From NCBI RefSeq assembly GCF_006345805.1, contig NC_043005.1, forward strand, positions 81,716,001-81,780,000: a DNA stretch of 64,000 bases, in the 5' to 3' direction. Shown here in pieces: positions 1-12,379 of this stretch; the stretch's first letter is position 1, and each line of letters begins with the position of its first letter. The position numbers were made by a program, and so were the translations under genes. Source of the stretch: Octopus sinensis. Lineage: Eukaryota. The notes below the pieces were generated by a model. That model did not search any database, was not told where the DNA came from, and was given only the letters and a program-made list of their open reading frames with translations.

Positions 1-150
1 ACACACGCATATATACATACACACAGACAAACACACATACACACATATGGACATATATACATACATACATGTATGCATGTATATATATATATATATATGT
101 GTATATATATATATATATATATAGATGTAGGTGTTTGTGTGTGTGTGTGA
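1..150. repeat. Compound (CA)n/(TA)n/(GT)n microsatellite
   Basis: Directly visible dinucleotide runs. Confidence 0.95.
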
Positions 151-601
151 GTATAAGAAAAGAGGTGGTGTGTTTCCACAAAGGATAAAATATAGGTAAA
201 TTTGTTGAAGAAAATGCACCTAAATTTGAAAATTTTGTAATTGTTTCAAATAAATTTATTTACATATATATAATACTAGTTTTAACAATATTTTTTTGTT
301 TATCAATGAAAATAATTTAGAATTATGAATTAGAAAATCATCTTTAAAAGTTTCAATTTTGACAAATTTCAATGTTCATAACAGACAAATTTATAATCAT
401 GAATTAGAAAAGCATGTTCAAAATTTCGATGTTGACAAGTTTGAATATACGTAACCATCAATAATATCAAAACTATATAAATTTATTTGAATGTACAAAG
501 CTCATTAGTGTTAGCAGTGATCGTCAAGAAATGAATCTCATAAAAATTAATGTCATATTGAGTTAAGAAAAGGGAGAAAGGGAAGTCGTAAAAAAAGGAT
601 C

Positions 602-760
602 TGGTTTACAATTTCTCTGAACCTTTTTCCGTCGCATGAAGGAAGTTTCACTTATAACGCTGTGTTTTGGAATTGAAAAATGCACCGGATTCCAAGACAC
701 ACTGTTACAAGTGAAAGTTCTTAGGCACGACGGAAAAAGGATCGTAGAAATTGAAAACCA
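602..760. repeat. Imperfect inverted repeat, ~72-bp arms (possible decayed palindromic MITE)
   Basis: 602-673 (tggtttacaatttct...cctttttccgtcg...tttcacttataac...ttggaat) matches the reverse complement of 689-760; 15-nt spacer. Confidence 0.7.
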
Positions 761-916
761 ATTCACCCACATAGCCCACTCGCTTTAAATGGAGCATATA
801 TTACTGTAAATAATATATGATTATAGATATTGTTAAAAAGGACCTATCTATGTAACTCTTCTCAAAATTTACAGCCTTCGTGCTTGTTTGCAAATTCACA
901 GACACACACACATATA

Positions 917-967
<51 letters not shown>

Positions 968-973
<6 letters not shown>

Positions 974-1105
974 TGTCCCAAAAGTTCGTGGAAAGTCTTG
1001 GAAAATAATGGTCTTTATTTTGAGGAATAATTTTTGCTGTTTTTAGTTAGTACTTGGCGAGTAAAACTTCAATTTTAGCAAGTCTTTACTAACTTTTGGG
1101 ACAAC

Positions 1106-1109
<4 letters not shown>
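968..1109. mobile_element. Tc1/mariner-type MITE
   Basis: Perfect 17-bp TIR aggttgtcccaaaagtt (970-986 / 1091-1107), extending imperfectly to ~35 bp; lies in a (TA)n tract; TIR resembles the mariner at 10690. Confidence 0.85.
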
Positions 1110-1197
<88 letters not shown>

Positions 1198-1439
1198 CTG
1201 TGCGTGTGTGTATGCTGGTATGTGCCTACATTTATGTTGCTACAAGTGTCGTGTCACATTGTTCTTCGTAATTTTGGTCTTTCATAAAAAGAGATGAAAG
1301 AAGTTATAACGAGATGATACGTACATATAAACGGTAAGCTGTCGTTGTATATTATCATACTTGTCAAGTTAGAAATAATAGGTAAAAGTGTAAAATACTA
1401 TATCTACGCATTTCACATACCCGCACGCCCAACATATTA

Positions 1440-1663
1440 ATACGAATATACGCATATAAATATATTCACACATATGCATATACATACATATATATACAAA
1501 TATATATATATATACATACATATATACATATATATATATACATACATATATACATATATATATATACATACATATATACACATATATATACATACATATA
1601 TACACATACATATATACACATATATATATACACATATATATATACATACATATATACACATAC

Positions 1664-1698
<35 letters not shown>

Positions 1699-1765
1699 CA
1701 TACATATATATAGATAAGTATATACATACACACACACATACACACATATATATATATATGTATAT
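1440..1765. repeat. Degenerate (TA)n/(CATA)n/(CA)n microsatellite
   Basis: Directly visible; explains the YI/MYV-rich ORFs here. Confidence 0.95.
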
Positions 1766-2244
1766 ACGTGTAGTGGGTTGGGGAGAATATGTGGTTGCCT
1801 TCATGTGTGTAAACGCGCATACTATTTGGTTTGGGAAGTGTTTTTGTAGTTAGATTGAAAGTGCAATACGGCCGCTCTTTCTAATGTTTGCGCCAATTAT
1901 ATGGATACTAGTACTCTGTCTGTTACGCCTTTTATCGATCACTGTTTTTCAAAGGTTGAATTAACCTATATTTATAGATTTACTTTACATTAGTGACGTA
2001 AATATCCTGAAGATGTTTACAACTATTCTGATCGATATATATGGGCGCAAACACTCTCACACCCATTTATGGTTCTATCTCTTGCTCAATCTCAATTTCG
2101 TTGCCATAGTCTTTCTCACTTCATTTCTTTTATTTCTCTCTCTCTCTCTCTGTATATAAATACATACATATACATACATGCATGCATGCATGCATGCATA
2201 CATACATACATGCATACATACATACATACATATATATATATGAG

Positions 2245-2246
2245 AC

Positions 2247-2324
<78 letters not shown>

Positions 2325-2345
2325 GTTGGTAGGTAGGTAGGTATG
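2245..2345. repeat. (GATA)n tetranucleotide array
   Basis: Directly visible; similar arrays at 30329-30455 and 39903-39980. Confidence 0.95.
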
Positions 2346-3016
2346 TAGCGAGCCCTTACTCTGTGCACACCAATTGACAGATTTTTTTAATGTTGCCTCC
2401 AGATCTCTTATGGCAGAGAAACTTATAAAAAAAACAAATGCTAAAATGAAAATCGAAAGGACATATCACTTTCGTCCTATATGCAAAAGGCAGCGATTGA
2501 GAAATTATCAACTTTCTTAATGTTGCGAGACCTTTTGTAGAGAAAGTTGAGATGGAACGCAAAGTTTGTAGTGTTCCATAAAGCCGAGACGGTAGTTATG
2601 GATCCATTGCAGACGTGACGTCAAACACTAAGGCAAGACGAACATCTCTAGCCATATACCAAAACATTACAGGAAGAAATTCAAAATATTAGACCTGTTT
2701 CTGTGATATCTTTGAGTATGGGATATTCCGTCAAGTATGGGATAGTCCGGAAAAAACTGAGTAAGATCTCAGTAACGAATGCAGACCTGAAACGTATGCT
2801 TTGAATGATTTCAAAATATTAATATTTGGTTGGACTTCTTTATTACAATATATACGAGTAGATGCCAGTACAAACTAGCCGGCGAAGACTCCACTGATGC
2901 AGATATTCACACAATGATTTTCATTAGTTTGTTATATTTGACTCGACTCGAAAAATCTTGCTGCCGTGTACTGTTTCTTAGCATAGCACGGAATATATTC
3001 ATTTATTCTTTATTCT

Positions 3017-3233
3017 CCTATTCTTTTCATCGATTCAGTCATTTTACTGCACCCATCCTGGGGCTCCGCCTTGAAGGATTCTAATCAAACAAATCGACCC
3101 GAGGACTTATTTTAAAAATCTTAGTACTTATTCTATCGGTCTCTCTTTTGTCAAACCCCTTATTTCAAGGGGAGTTAAAGACACCTACGCCGGTTTTCAA
3201 GCGGTGATGGGGACACAGACACAAAACCAAATA

Positions 3234-3276
<43 letters not shown>

Positions 3277-3418
3277 GATGTGGTTTTTTTCAGCTACCGT
3301 CCACCAAATCCACTCACAACGCTTTGGTCGGCTCGAGGCTATAGCAGAAGGCAGATGCCAAGGTTCCACGAAAAGGGACTGAACTCGGAACTATCGAACA
3401 ATGCGGTTGGGAAGCCTG
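3017..3418 (-). mobile_element. tRNA-derived SINE family A, decayed copy
   Basis: Colinear with 13981-14392 (aatcgaccc..ggactt, tagtacttattctat, ccaaatccact, gggactgaac), with an internal microsatellite. Confidence 0.8.
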
Positions 3419-3475
3419 AGCCTGGCTGTGAGGTGTATATATATGTATGTATGTGCTATTTCGTTACGCTTCTAG

Positions 3476-3767
3476 TGTCATAGTGCGGTTGATATTGTCG
3501 ACGACAGATAAAAACTACACTGTAACTGTGTTGTAAGAATACAAAATAGAAACAGCGGTAGTAACAAAAACCCAACGAGCCACCAATCTTTTACGAGCCC
3601 ATTATTATTGATTATAATCAATATTTCCAACACACTAACTCGAACAGTAAACTGTATCTGGACTTCGAAGTCCAAACTACAAACTGCCGACTACGTCAGA
3701 ACGCTACTATTTATACGAAGTAGTGCCGTCTCTTCTCGTCAGAGGATGTCGTACTCTCGCCACAACA
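3476..3767 (-). mobile_element. Possible solo LTR
   Basis: Minus strand starts TGTTGTGG, ends ATGACA and contains GTATAAATAG; ~290 bp. No target-site duplication found. Confidence 0.3.
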
Positions 3768-3788
3768 GTATGTATGTATAAATGTGTT

Positions 3789-3839
<51 letters not shown>

Positions 3840-3843
<4 letters not shown>

Positions 3844-4025
3844 AGAGTTTACGAAAAAAATCAAGACGAAGACAGGTGGTGTACAAAACAAACAGATGTA
3901 TTAGAATAACGCTCAGGAATAGAAAAAGTATTTTACGTTTCGAGCCTACGCTCTTCTACAGAAAGGGACTCAGAAAAAACAAGGAGAGAGAAAAATGTGT
4001 GTAGTGGCTAACGATATATCATGGC
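3840..4025 (-). mobile_element. Short non-autonomous element (Penelope pseudo-LTR-like) with hammerhead-like motif
   Basis: Sits beside a (TA)n tract; shares the acgtttcga..gctcttc core and layout with 56685-56872. Confidence 0.55.
3931..3964 (-). ncRNA. Hammerhead ribozyme-like motif, variant core
   Basis: Minus strand UUU CUGUAGA A GAGC GUAG GCUC GAAA CG UA AAAU; A6 is changed to U and there is an extra A before helix II. Confidence 0.5.
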
Positions 4026-4936
4026 AACACACACACATTCACACATATATATGTATGTGTGTGTGTCTGTGTCTGTGTGCGTGTGTACATAAATGTTTAT
4101 TGAAACCTATTTTTATCAACGTCTACAAAACTCATGAAAGTAATTCTGTGTAATTCAAATTTTAATATTTCACAACAATACCATGTTTATTCTACATTTT
4201 CATTGTTGTCTGTCGATTACATGACTTTTCGTTAGCACAGACTCGTCTAAGTCTGACATTGGGTACGTAGGAATGTATCAGGAAATTGATCGATATATAG
4301 TTATAACATAACAACGGAAATGATTCGTAATACATGTATTGAAGAGGTAATTTGCTGACTGGAATGTATTATTGTAATCGAAAAATCAAGAAGATAAAAA
4401 TCATCGCAGACACATCTAAAATTAGTTGACTTTTGAAACATATATCATTACAAATTAACCTTATTTCCGCTTCCCGTGTGTTGCGAAGTAGAAAATTGTG
4501 TAAGAAGAATAAATATTTTCCCCTCGTTTTGTAGAAGGATAGAATTTTAGTTTACAAATGCAACATCCGTGCATAAAAGTTTCAATTTCACTTCGCAAAC
4601 AAACATTAGATATAATCATCTGAAGTGAATTGAACAAACATATACGTCTTTAAAATGCCAGAGTTGTTGTAAAACTGCTGCAAAACTTTCCGATTTACCC
4701 AGAACAAAATGAATGAGTACATTCTGTCCTTCTTTGAAACGCATTTGCCCAAATTTTATCCCTAATTATATTTAGACTTGGAGAAATGTTTTTGACTCTT
4801 ACATTTCTTAGACGGACTAAATAAAAAGATCTTATCATTATTAACTTTCTGTACTGCGTAATATAACAATTACAATGAAATATTTGAGACTTCATGCTAA
4901 ATTATTCTACAGAGTGTCCCAAAAGTCACTGATTCA

Positions 4937-4990
<54 letters not shown>

Positions 4991-5637
4991 AAGTAAGTTT
5001 ATATTTATCTTTTTGATGCGACTTTACCCTATACTCTTTTCTTTCTCATGCTTTCTCTCCCATCCTTTCTCTAATTCCCTTCCCCCTTCACCGTCTTCTA
5101 TCTGTCTCTCCTTCTTTCTCAGTTTTATCTCTCTCATTGCTCTCACGTGGCTATCGTCCATCTTTATCTTCCTCACGTGACCAACTTTCTCCTCTTTCAC
5201 GATTGTCGTAAGTATAGCACGTATCCTATCTCATTTCTATATCCTTTCTCTTCTCAAAGAATATATTTCTTCAGCATTCGCTATTTCTACTCTCGTTCTT
5301 GTTTAATGACCCTCCATATTTGTTTTCGTTCGGTTTCCTTCTTTGTCTCCACTGTCCTGATTTTGTTCCCAACTTTGATCCTCCATAAGTCCCAAATGTT
5401 ATTTAGGCACATATGGGAGCAACTGTCTTCAAAGATTCATATTGTCGTTCAATGCTCGAAATCGGGAGTAGATGGACAGCCGACAACTGACGAAGTCAAA
5501 TTTTTCATGTTACTTGACCTGTTTTCCATTTGTTTCTCTCGCTGTTTGCATATTGAACACATTTGTTTTCGTATTTCATATTGTTTACTGTTTGGTGACG
5601 TCCTCTGCCCATATATATGCATGTGTACATGTACGTG

Positions 5638-5694
<57 letters not shown>

Positions 5695-7375
5695 TTCTTT
5701 GTGTATGTGTGTTTCTCGGTGTCTGTGTGTCTGTCTATGTTTATATACATTCATATATCGGCAGGTGATATGTACAACAACATTATGGACCAATCCATGA
5801 ACATTTCTTTAAATTGCTTTTTAGTACCTGATTAACTGAATGTTCCACAAACAACACTTGAAACCGTGTTGCCAGGAGCTTATCTAATATATTATTATTA
5901 TACATCCTTAGCTAATCTAATTGTTGTTTTCGTGATCGACTTTACACTTAATGGGAAGTCTTCCCCTTTCAAATTGAAACAGTTGTATTAATGGCGAAGT
6001 TATTTTATACTTAAGGTGATTTTCTTTATGTTTGCTTGTTAACAAATTTGCAGGATTTAGGAAAAAAATCTAAAAAACATTCCTTTGAAATAGTGTTAAT
6101 CGATCAAATGTATATCTGTGGAGTATTAATTTAACGAGTGCTTTTTTTAATGTCGTTTCGTTTCACATTAAGATCTGATTTTTTTCTTTAATATATATAG
6201 TATTACAATCTGTGCCTAACTGTTAAAAGACACGCATCAGTTAGAAGTGGGAAGAATGTAAAATAAGGTGATTTGCAGCGTTTATTGGAACTGGTTAGCT
6301 CCATTAGTGTTGCCGGTGCTGAGAAATGGATTTTTTTGTTAACACCAGCCATATTGGATGTCGATGTAATTGAAGAAACGCGTTGGAAAACCTAAATCTA
6401 AAACACACAAAAAACAGATTCCTAGAAGGAAAACGCTGTTGCATCACTGAAACGTTCTATCGAAAGAATCCTAGAACACTGACAGACAACAATGGAAATA
6501 AAGTGAAAATGGTCATTACAAATGTAACGAACATTAACAATAAATCTATAGCTCTTTTCATGAATCTAATGTATTTAAGACAATGAATGACAGTAAAATT
6601 TCATTATTTCCGAAGAACTGGCATAAAGATTTCAGGGTTGTTAACATTTATTTTACATTTTGTTGATCGATAGATTAACTTAAAGTAAAATCGTTTAATT
6701 TGTCAGGTGCGAAAATGGAGACCACACTTCGTGTTCTAATTTTGTGAGTGATCCACCTCTAAATGTCCTGCTGGGTTTCATTAATACAGATGTAGAAGAC
6801 GCAATAAAATTAAAGATTTACAAGATATACATAAACGAAAAGTGCCATCTAGAGCAGCAGAAACAACAAAATTAAATCCAGTAGATTTTAATGTTATAAA
6901 TAAAACTTTTTTTTTCCTTCGATAACGATTACTTATATTGCACATTATCAGCTTTGATCCGTTCTTCCTCAACTCATTACTATTATCTTTTTATCGACGG
7001 CGCAAGGATAGGGCGGTAAAGTACAATACTACATGTCTTAAAGCGTAAAGGCATATACGTAAACTACTATAGGGCGCAATGATTAACCTCACATGCAGGC
7101 GAGTGTTGTTCCCAAATCTATGATTACTGATACTAGCGTAAATTCACACAATCATACAATAAATATATGTTTAAAATGGGCCGCCTATATGCGCAGGTTT
7201 TAAAGTTAGAAACACACTGAACGTATTCTGACTAAATGAATCTCTGAAATACGAGCTGATCACATCTGTGGTCCGATGTTTTTTGTAAACGTGCAACTTC
7301 AAAACTAACATAGGTTTATCAACATAGATAGCACATACACAACAGAAATAAATACAGCGGTTTCATTTTTTAAAA

Positions 7376-7447
<72 letters not shown>

Positions 7448-7459
7448 TACTACTACTAC

Positions 7460-7494
<35 letters not shown>
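7376..7494. repeat. (CTA)n/(TAA)n trinucleotide array
   Basis: Directly visible; further (CAA)/(TAA)n arrays at 7737-7800 and 8468-8538. Confidence 0.95.
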
Positions 7495-7495
<1 letters not shown>

Positions 7496-7738
7496 ACCCT
7501 TATTCAGGGACCTTATGAGCAGGATCGGTTACTCGACCAGAAGAAAATTCTGACTGGGCCCCACCTGCAAGGTGAAGTGCTGTTTATCTTGATATGAGAT
7601 CACCATGTTGCGCGCATATCGTTGTGATGCATGTGCCTAGTGTACCCTTATCAAACGGGTAGTCATGATGAGTATATTGGGTTTCGTATATTTGTTCCCC
7701 AGTGTCACTTTGATGGCATGCACTGCTCTCTGACTCAA
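7495..7738. mobile_element. ~245-bp complex insert between two (TAA)n arrays, probable non-autonomous retroposon
   Basis: Sharp boundaries against TAA repeats and higher GC than the flanks; only one copy in the window, so repeat status is inferred. Confidence 0.4.
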
Positions 7739-7757
7739 TAACAACAACAACAACAAC

Positions 7758-7802
<45 letters not shown>

Positions 7803-7808
7803 TTATAG

Positions 7809-8464
7809 ATAAATCATATTATCTCTAGCTATAAATCATATTATCTCTAGCTGCCCAGTCCTGGCTAAGAAGGAATATATTCACTGACATGACAGAGTTG
7901 GAACCTACATACATTGGAAGCTATGCCAACATTATGGAATAACAACAGAAAAAAGATGGTATAGGCACACACCAGAAAAGGTCACAGAAAACGAGAAAGC
8001 AACCATACTCTGGGATATGCCGATACACACAGATAGAGAAATTAAGGCCAACAGACCAGATATAGTTGTCAGAGATCATGAAGAAAAAAAATGCTTTCTA
8101 ATTGAGGTATCAATACCGGCAGATGACAACGTGTCTCTAAAAGAAATGGAGAAACTCTCAAAATACAAAGACCTGGAAATAGAGGTAACTAGAATGTGGA
8201 ACCTGAAAACAGAAACAATTCCTATCATAGTAGGTGCATTAGGCATGATAAAAAAATATTCAGACAAATACATAACAAAAACACCAGGACTTACAAACAC
8301 ATATAACATACAGAAAATTGCACTACTAGGCACTGCACACATCCTACGCAGAACACTTTCCATACAATAACCATCAGAGCATCACAACAACTCACAGCAC
8401 ATACCCAAGGCACACGGAGCTGCGCTCGGTAGTGAAGTGAAAGCACGCTATAAAAATAAAACTA

Positions 8465-8467
<3 letters not shown>
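7809..8467 (+). mobile_element. R4/Dong-clade non-LTR retrotransposon, 5'-truncated (end of CCHC knuckle + restriction-like endonuclease + 3' UTR)
   Basis: Reads INHIISSCPVLAKKEYIH*HDRVGTYIHWKLCQHYG...ILWDMPIHTDREIKANRPDIVVRD...LIEVSIP...KLSKYKDLEIEV...PIIVGALG...LLGTAHILRRTLSIQ*; flanked by (TAA)n on both sides, the target reported for Dong elements. Confidence 0.92.
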
Positions 8468-8520
<53 letters not shown>

Positions 8521-8582
8521 TAATAATAATAATAATAAGGATTTGGCCATACTGATAAATGGTATAAACATGAACTTGATGT

Positions 8583-8975
8583 TATGGTACTTTAACATTC
8601 AGACTGATAGAGTAAATAGAAGCTAGAAAGGCTGATTTGGCAGTAGTAGATAAATAGAAGAGAAAGTGCCTCATAATTGACTTTATAGTCCCAAATGATG
8701 AAAAATTAATATGAGAATTATAGAAAAAAATAGCAAGTCATTGAATTATAGAGACTACGGAATGTGCGGGTAAAATGTATCCCATTAGATATAGATGCAT
8801 TGGGAACTATCGCTAATTATTTGAACAGACGAATATAGAGGAAATAGGCATAAAACCCAATTTAGTACAACTCCAGAAAACAGTGTTATTAGGGACAGCT
8901 AGGACACTTAGGAGGGTTCTTGGCACCTAAGTTTATTTGTTGTAGCCCGATGTTGGGATACTTTTCTTTTCCAAC
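8583..8975 (+). mobile_element. Second, older R4/Dong-clade endonuclease fragment of a different subfamily
   Basis: Frameshifted LWYFNIQTDRV.EARKADLAVVDK..KCLIIDF.VPND...DALGTI...LQKTVLLGTARTLRRVLGT*. Confidence 0.8.
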
Positions 8976-9004
8976 AGTAGTAGTTGTGACAACAACAGCA
9001 GTAG

Positions 9005-9006
9005 CC

Positions 9007-9063
<57 letters not shown>

Positions 9064-9066
9064 ATA
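9005..9066. repeat. (TAG)n array
   Basis: Directly visible. Confidence 0.95.
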
Positions 9067-9715
9067 AGCCGGAGACAAATGCCATCTTGCTAATAACACA
9101 TACACACGTATTTCCTTAACATCTACATATCAATAACAAAACGTTATTGAGTACCTACACAACAGTTGTATTTGAAAGTATTATTGTAACCGTGGGAGAA
9201 TAATTTTCGTAAGTTTATAAGAATAGAACGTTTCCATGATGTTATTTGTGTACGATTTCGTGAGAGATGGGGTGGGGTTTCAGTTAACAATTATTTTGGT
9301 TACACTTTGAACTAATGAAATATCTCGGTTGATATTTTTGAATATATTTCTTTGGTGGATTGAAGGAAGACCTACGCGCGCATACAAGCACATTCCCATT
9401 CACACACAAAAGAAAGAAATGCATTATACACATCCGCTCCTAAGCGAAAATAGGTAATTTTATTTCTGCAAGTGAAACAGCATGTGATCTCCTTTAATTT
9501 CAAATAGATTCCCTCAAAGATGTTGTTTACCAAAGTAGCATCAAAGAACATTCGGTGTGTATGATCTAAATGAAAGGTTATTATTGTAAACACACTGGCA
9601 CACACACACACACACATATATTTAGAGCGTAGTGATCAACATTAGTGACCTATTTCAAGCGATCGTGCGACTGGTGAAAGAAACTAAGCTTCATGGTCCG
9701 AATATGTACATACCA

Positions 9716-10040
9716 GTGCGTAATTGGTACTTATTTAATCGACCCCGAAAGGATGAAAGGCAAGGTCGACGGAATTTGAACTCAGAACGTAGTGGCAGAA
9801 GAAATACCTATTTTCTTTACTACCCACAATGCGCTACACACGGAGGGAACAAACAAGGACAGACAAACGGATTAGGTCGATTATATCGAACAGTGTGTAA
9901 CTGGTACCTATTTCATCGATCATGAAAGGATAAAAGGCAAAGTCGTCCTCGGCGGAATTTGAACTCAGAACGTACTGGCAGACGAAATACTGGTAAGCAT
10001 TTCGCCCGGCGTGCTAACGTTTCCGCCAGCTCGTCGCCTT
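9716..10040 (-). mobile_element. tRNA-derived SINE family B, 1.5-mer copy with 18-bp TSD
   Basis: Minus-strand head aaggcgacgagcTGGCGGAAACG...GTTCAAATTCC (A/B boxes); perfect direct repeat ccgaatatgtacatacca at 9698-9715 and 10041-10058. Confidence 0.92.
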
Positions 10041-10143
10041 CCGAATATGTACATACCACACTCAACTAAATTCACTCAAATCGAAGTATACTTCTTAAGC
10101 GAGGTGAAAGATTAATATCGTGTAAGTTATCCATCTGACCGTG

Positions 10144-10455
10144 AAGGCGAGTGGCTCGGTGGTAAGAACACCGAAATTACGACCGTAGTTCGAATCCCGG
10201 ACTGGGCTGCGTATTGTGTTCTTCAGCAAAACACTTTATCTCACGTTGCTCCAGTTGTAGAAATGAGTTGTGACGTCACAGGTGCCAAGCTGTATCTACC
10301 CTTGTCTTTCCCTTGGTTAACATCGGTGGCGTGGTGAGGGGAGGCCAGTATGCATGGGCGACTGCTGGTCTTCCATAAACAAACTTGCCTGGACTTGTAC
10401 CCCAGAGGGTAACTCTCTAGCTGCAATCCCATGGTCATTCGTGACCGAAAGGGGT
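10144..10455 (+). mobile_element. tRNA-derived SINE family C
   Basis: A box TGGCTCGGTGG, B box GTTCGAATCCC, then gtgttcttcagcaaaacacttta; related pieces at 24900-25050, 46322-46545 and 63590-63725. Confidence 0.8.
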
Positions 10456-10689
10456 CTCTGCTGCTGCTCTATCCATCTGACCATTGCAATGGTAAGTACT
10501 ATAACAATTCTGTCCAGGAGAGTCAACACAATATTCTCTCAAAATATATTAAGTTTTGTTGAAGCTATTCTTGGTGAAACAATCATGCAACAACTTAATT
10601 TCAACAACACACATTTGGGAAATACTGTATGCTATTATACAGCCTTGCCAATACTTACTCTCGTAAAATTTTCTTATGTATGCGATGTA

Positions 10690-11272
10690 CTGGGTTGTCC
10701 GGAAAGTTCGTGCTGCTTTATAGTAGCTTTCCTTTCGACTTATTTTAGAACATGGTTGAGTCCACAAAATAGGATTTGACTACACCTCCATTTAGAGCAC
10801 AGTTTAAGCTATCTTTTCGTTCCTATAACCTGTGTTCCTATAACCTGTGTTATGTTCCTATAACCTGTGTTAATTCTGTAACCCTTTAAAATGGAAGATA
10901 AGAATGTTCATTTTCGGCAGTTGATGCTTTGGGAACTAGATAAAAATTGCTGCAGCTCGGCAGGGATGTGTTACCCCACCCTCTATATTCACCAGATATT
11001 GCTCCTTCGGATTTTCATTTATACAGGTCTGCAGAATAGTCTTAATGGTAAAAATTTCAATTCCTTGGATGAAGTAAAAAGATACCATGGTGAATTCTTT
11101 GCTATGAAACCACCTCAATTCTGAGAAGATAGTATTTTCAAGTTAAAGGTAAGATGGAGACGCATTGTGCAACAAAATGGCTCATATTTGGTTGATTTAA
11201 AATGTAATGGCAAGTATTTATGGTGCTTTTTCTGTCATTTAAAAATCGGCACGAACTTCCCGGACAACCCAA
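10690..11272 (+). mobile_element. Internally deleted mariner (D34D-type) DNA transposon
   Basis: 26-bp TIRs with 3 mismatches (ctgggttgtccggaaagttcgtgctg), TA on both flanks. N-terminal MEDKNVHFRQLMLWE is joined directly to C-terminal KLLQLGRDVLPHPLYSPDIAPSDFHLYRS.QNSLNGKNFNSLDEVK...RWRRIVQQNGSYLVD*. Confidence 0.93.
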
Positions 11273-12379
11273 TATTTAGAGGAAGGTCTACTGAATAAAT
11301 TCCGTATTATGTGGGGTCGGATATATCGTAACAGTGGTGACAGAGCGAGAATGAGACGGTCTTTGTACGTTATTCACACCCACCATCGATTCAACACGAT
11401 ACAGCTTTCAATAGAGAACATTGAAACCATTTTTCTAACACGTACAGCTGCGACGAAGATAACAAATACATTTCTACGCAAATGGCAGTATGAAAATAGA
11501 CATGCCGTAAAATCGGAAATTATCATGATCACTTCGTCAAACTACAATAGAAAAGAAAACTGAAACATCGATAATATTCTGATATTGTCAGATTATTCCA
11601 GACTCGATCGGCTTTTATGTATTTCGATGTCTCAACTTTAACAGCTAGTAATAATCACCTTCGAAATGAAATCCTATACGCGACAATAGAAAAGTCTGAT
11701 TGAAGATTCGTTATCACACTATATCTGTCAGTTGAATGTAGTCATTGACATGGAAAATTCAGTCATAGTTTTATTGATTTCATTACCGGACAGAAGAATG
11801 AAGATATCTGGTTTTGTGTCTTGATTATGCTTTGGAAACAATTATAACGACACAGAATTCTAATAGATAAAAAAGAAGAAAAAAAATAAAACAACGGATG
11901 CAGCATAAAGAGATATGAGGCAATATCTTCGAAAATTAATACACTAGAAAGTCGGGGAAATTACAGAAATGTGCACGAGGATTAAAACAATGGAAATTGC
12001 AGTAACGGGGAAGAAATGCAACAAGCTAAATAAAAAAAATAGGTATGTTTGATGCAATATTTGGTGAACAATGAGAAGATATTATTATTATAGATCCACT
12101 ATGCGATGAGAAAAGATGAGGAATTCAAATCTTTGAGACAGTAGTACCTGTATGTTTCTTAAAAAGAATTCATTACGAGACAAAGCAATTGGATGACTTC
12201 AACTTCAAAAGCTGAGGATATAAAAGTCAGCAGAAAAAAACCCATATATATAAAGGTTATTACAGCAGTTAATAAATGCTGTGAGATGTGGACTGGATTC
12301 AGAGGTATTTCTTGATTGTTGTTGATAGTTTCCCGTGGCATTATTATCGAAGGTTAACTAGACAACATTCTACAATACA

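Noticed and set aside
3700-3745. CUGACGA-GAAG...CUUC on the minus strand as a hammerhead
   Set aside because: GUAU replaces GAAA and no helix I/III forms.
4908-4931. Tc1-like terminus tacagagtgtcccaaaagtcact
   Set aside because: No partner inverted repeat found, so an element cannot be delimited.
5455-5520. GAAA...CUGACGA arrangement as a type II hammerhead
   Set aside because: Helices I and III do not pair and no GAAA follows the candidate helix II.
12180-12330. GPCR TM7-like peptide AFINCCNNLYIYGFF on the minus strand
   Set aside because: No NPxxY and no other helices; it lies directly downstream of the Dong RT remnant and is better explained as decayed LINE.
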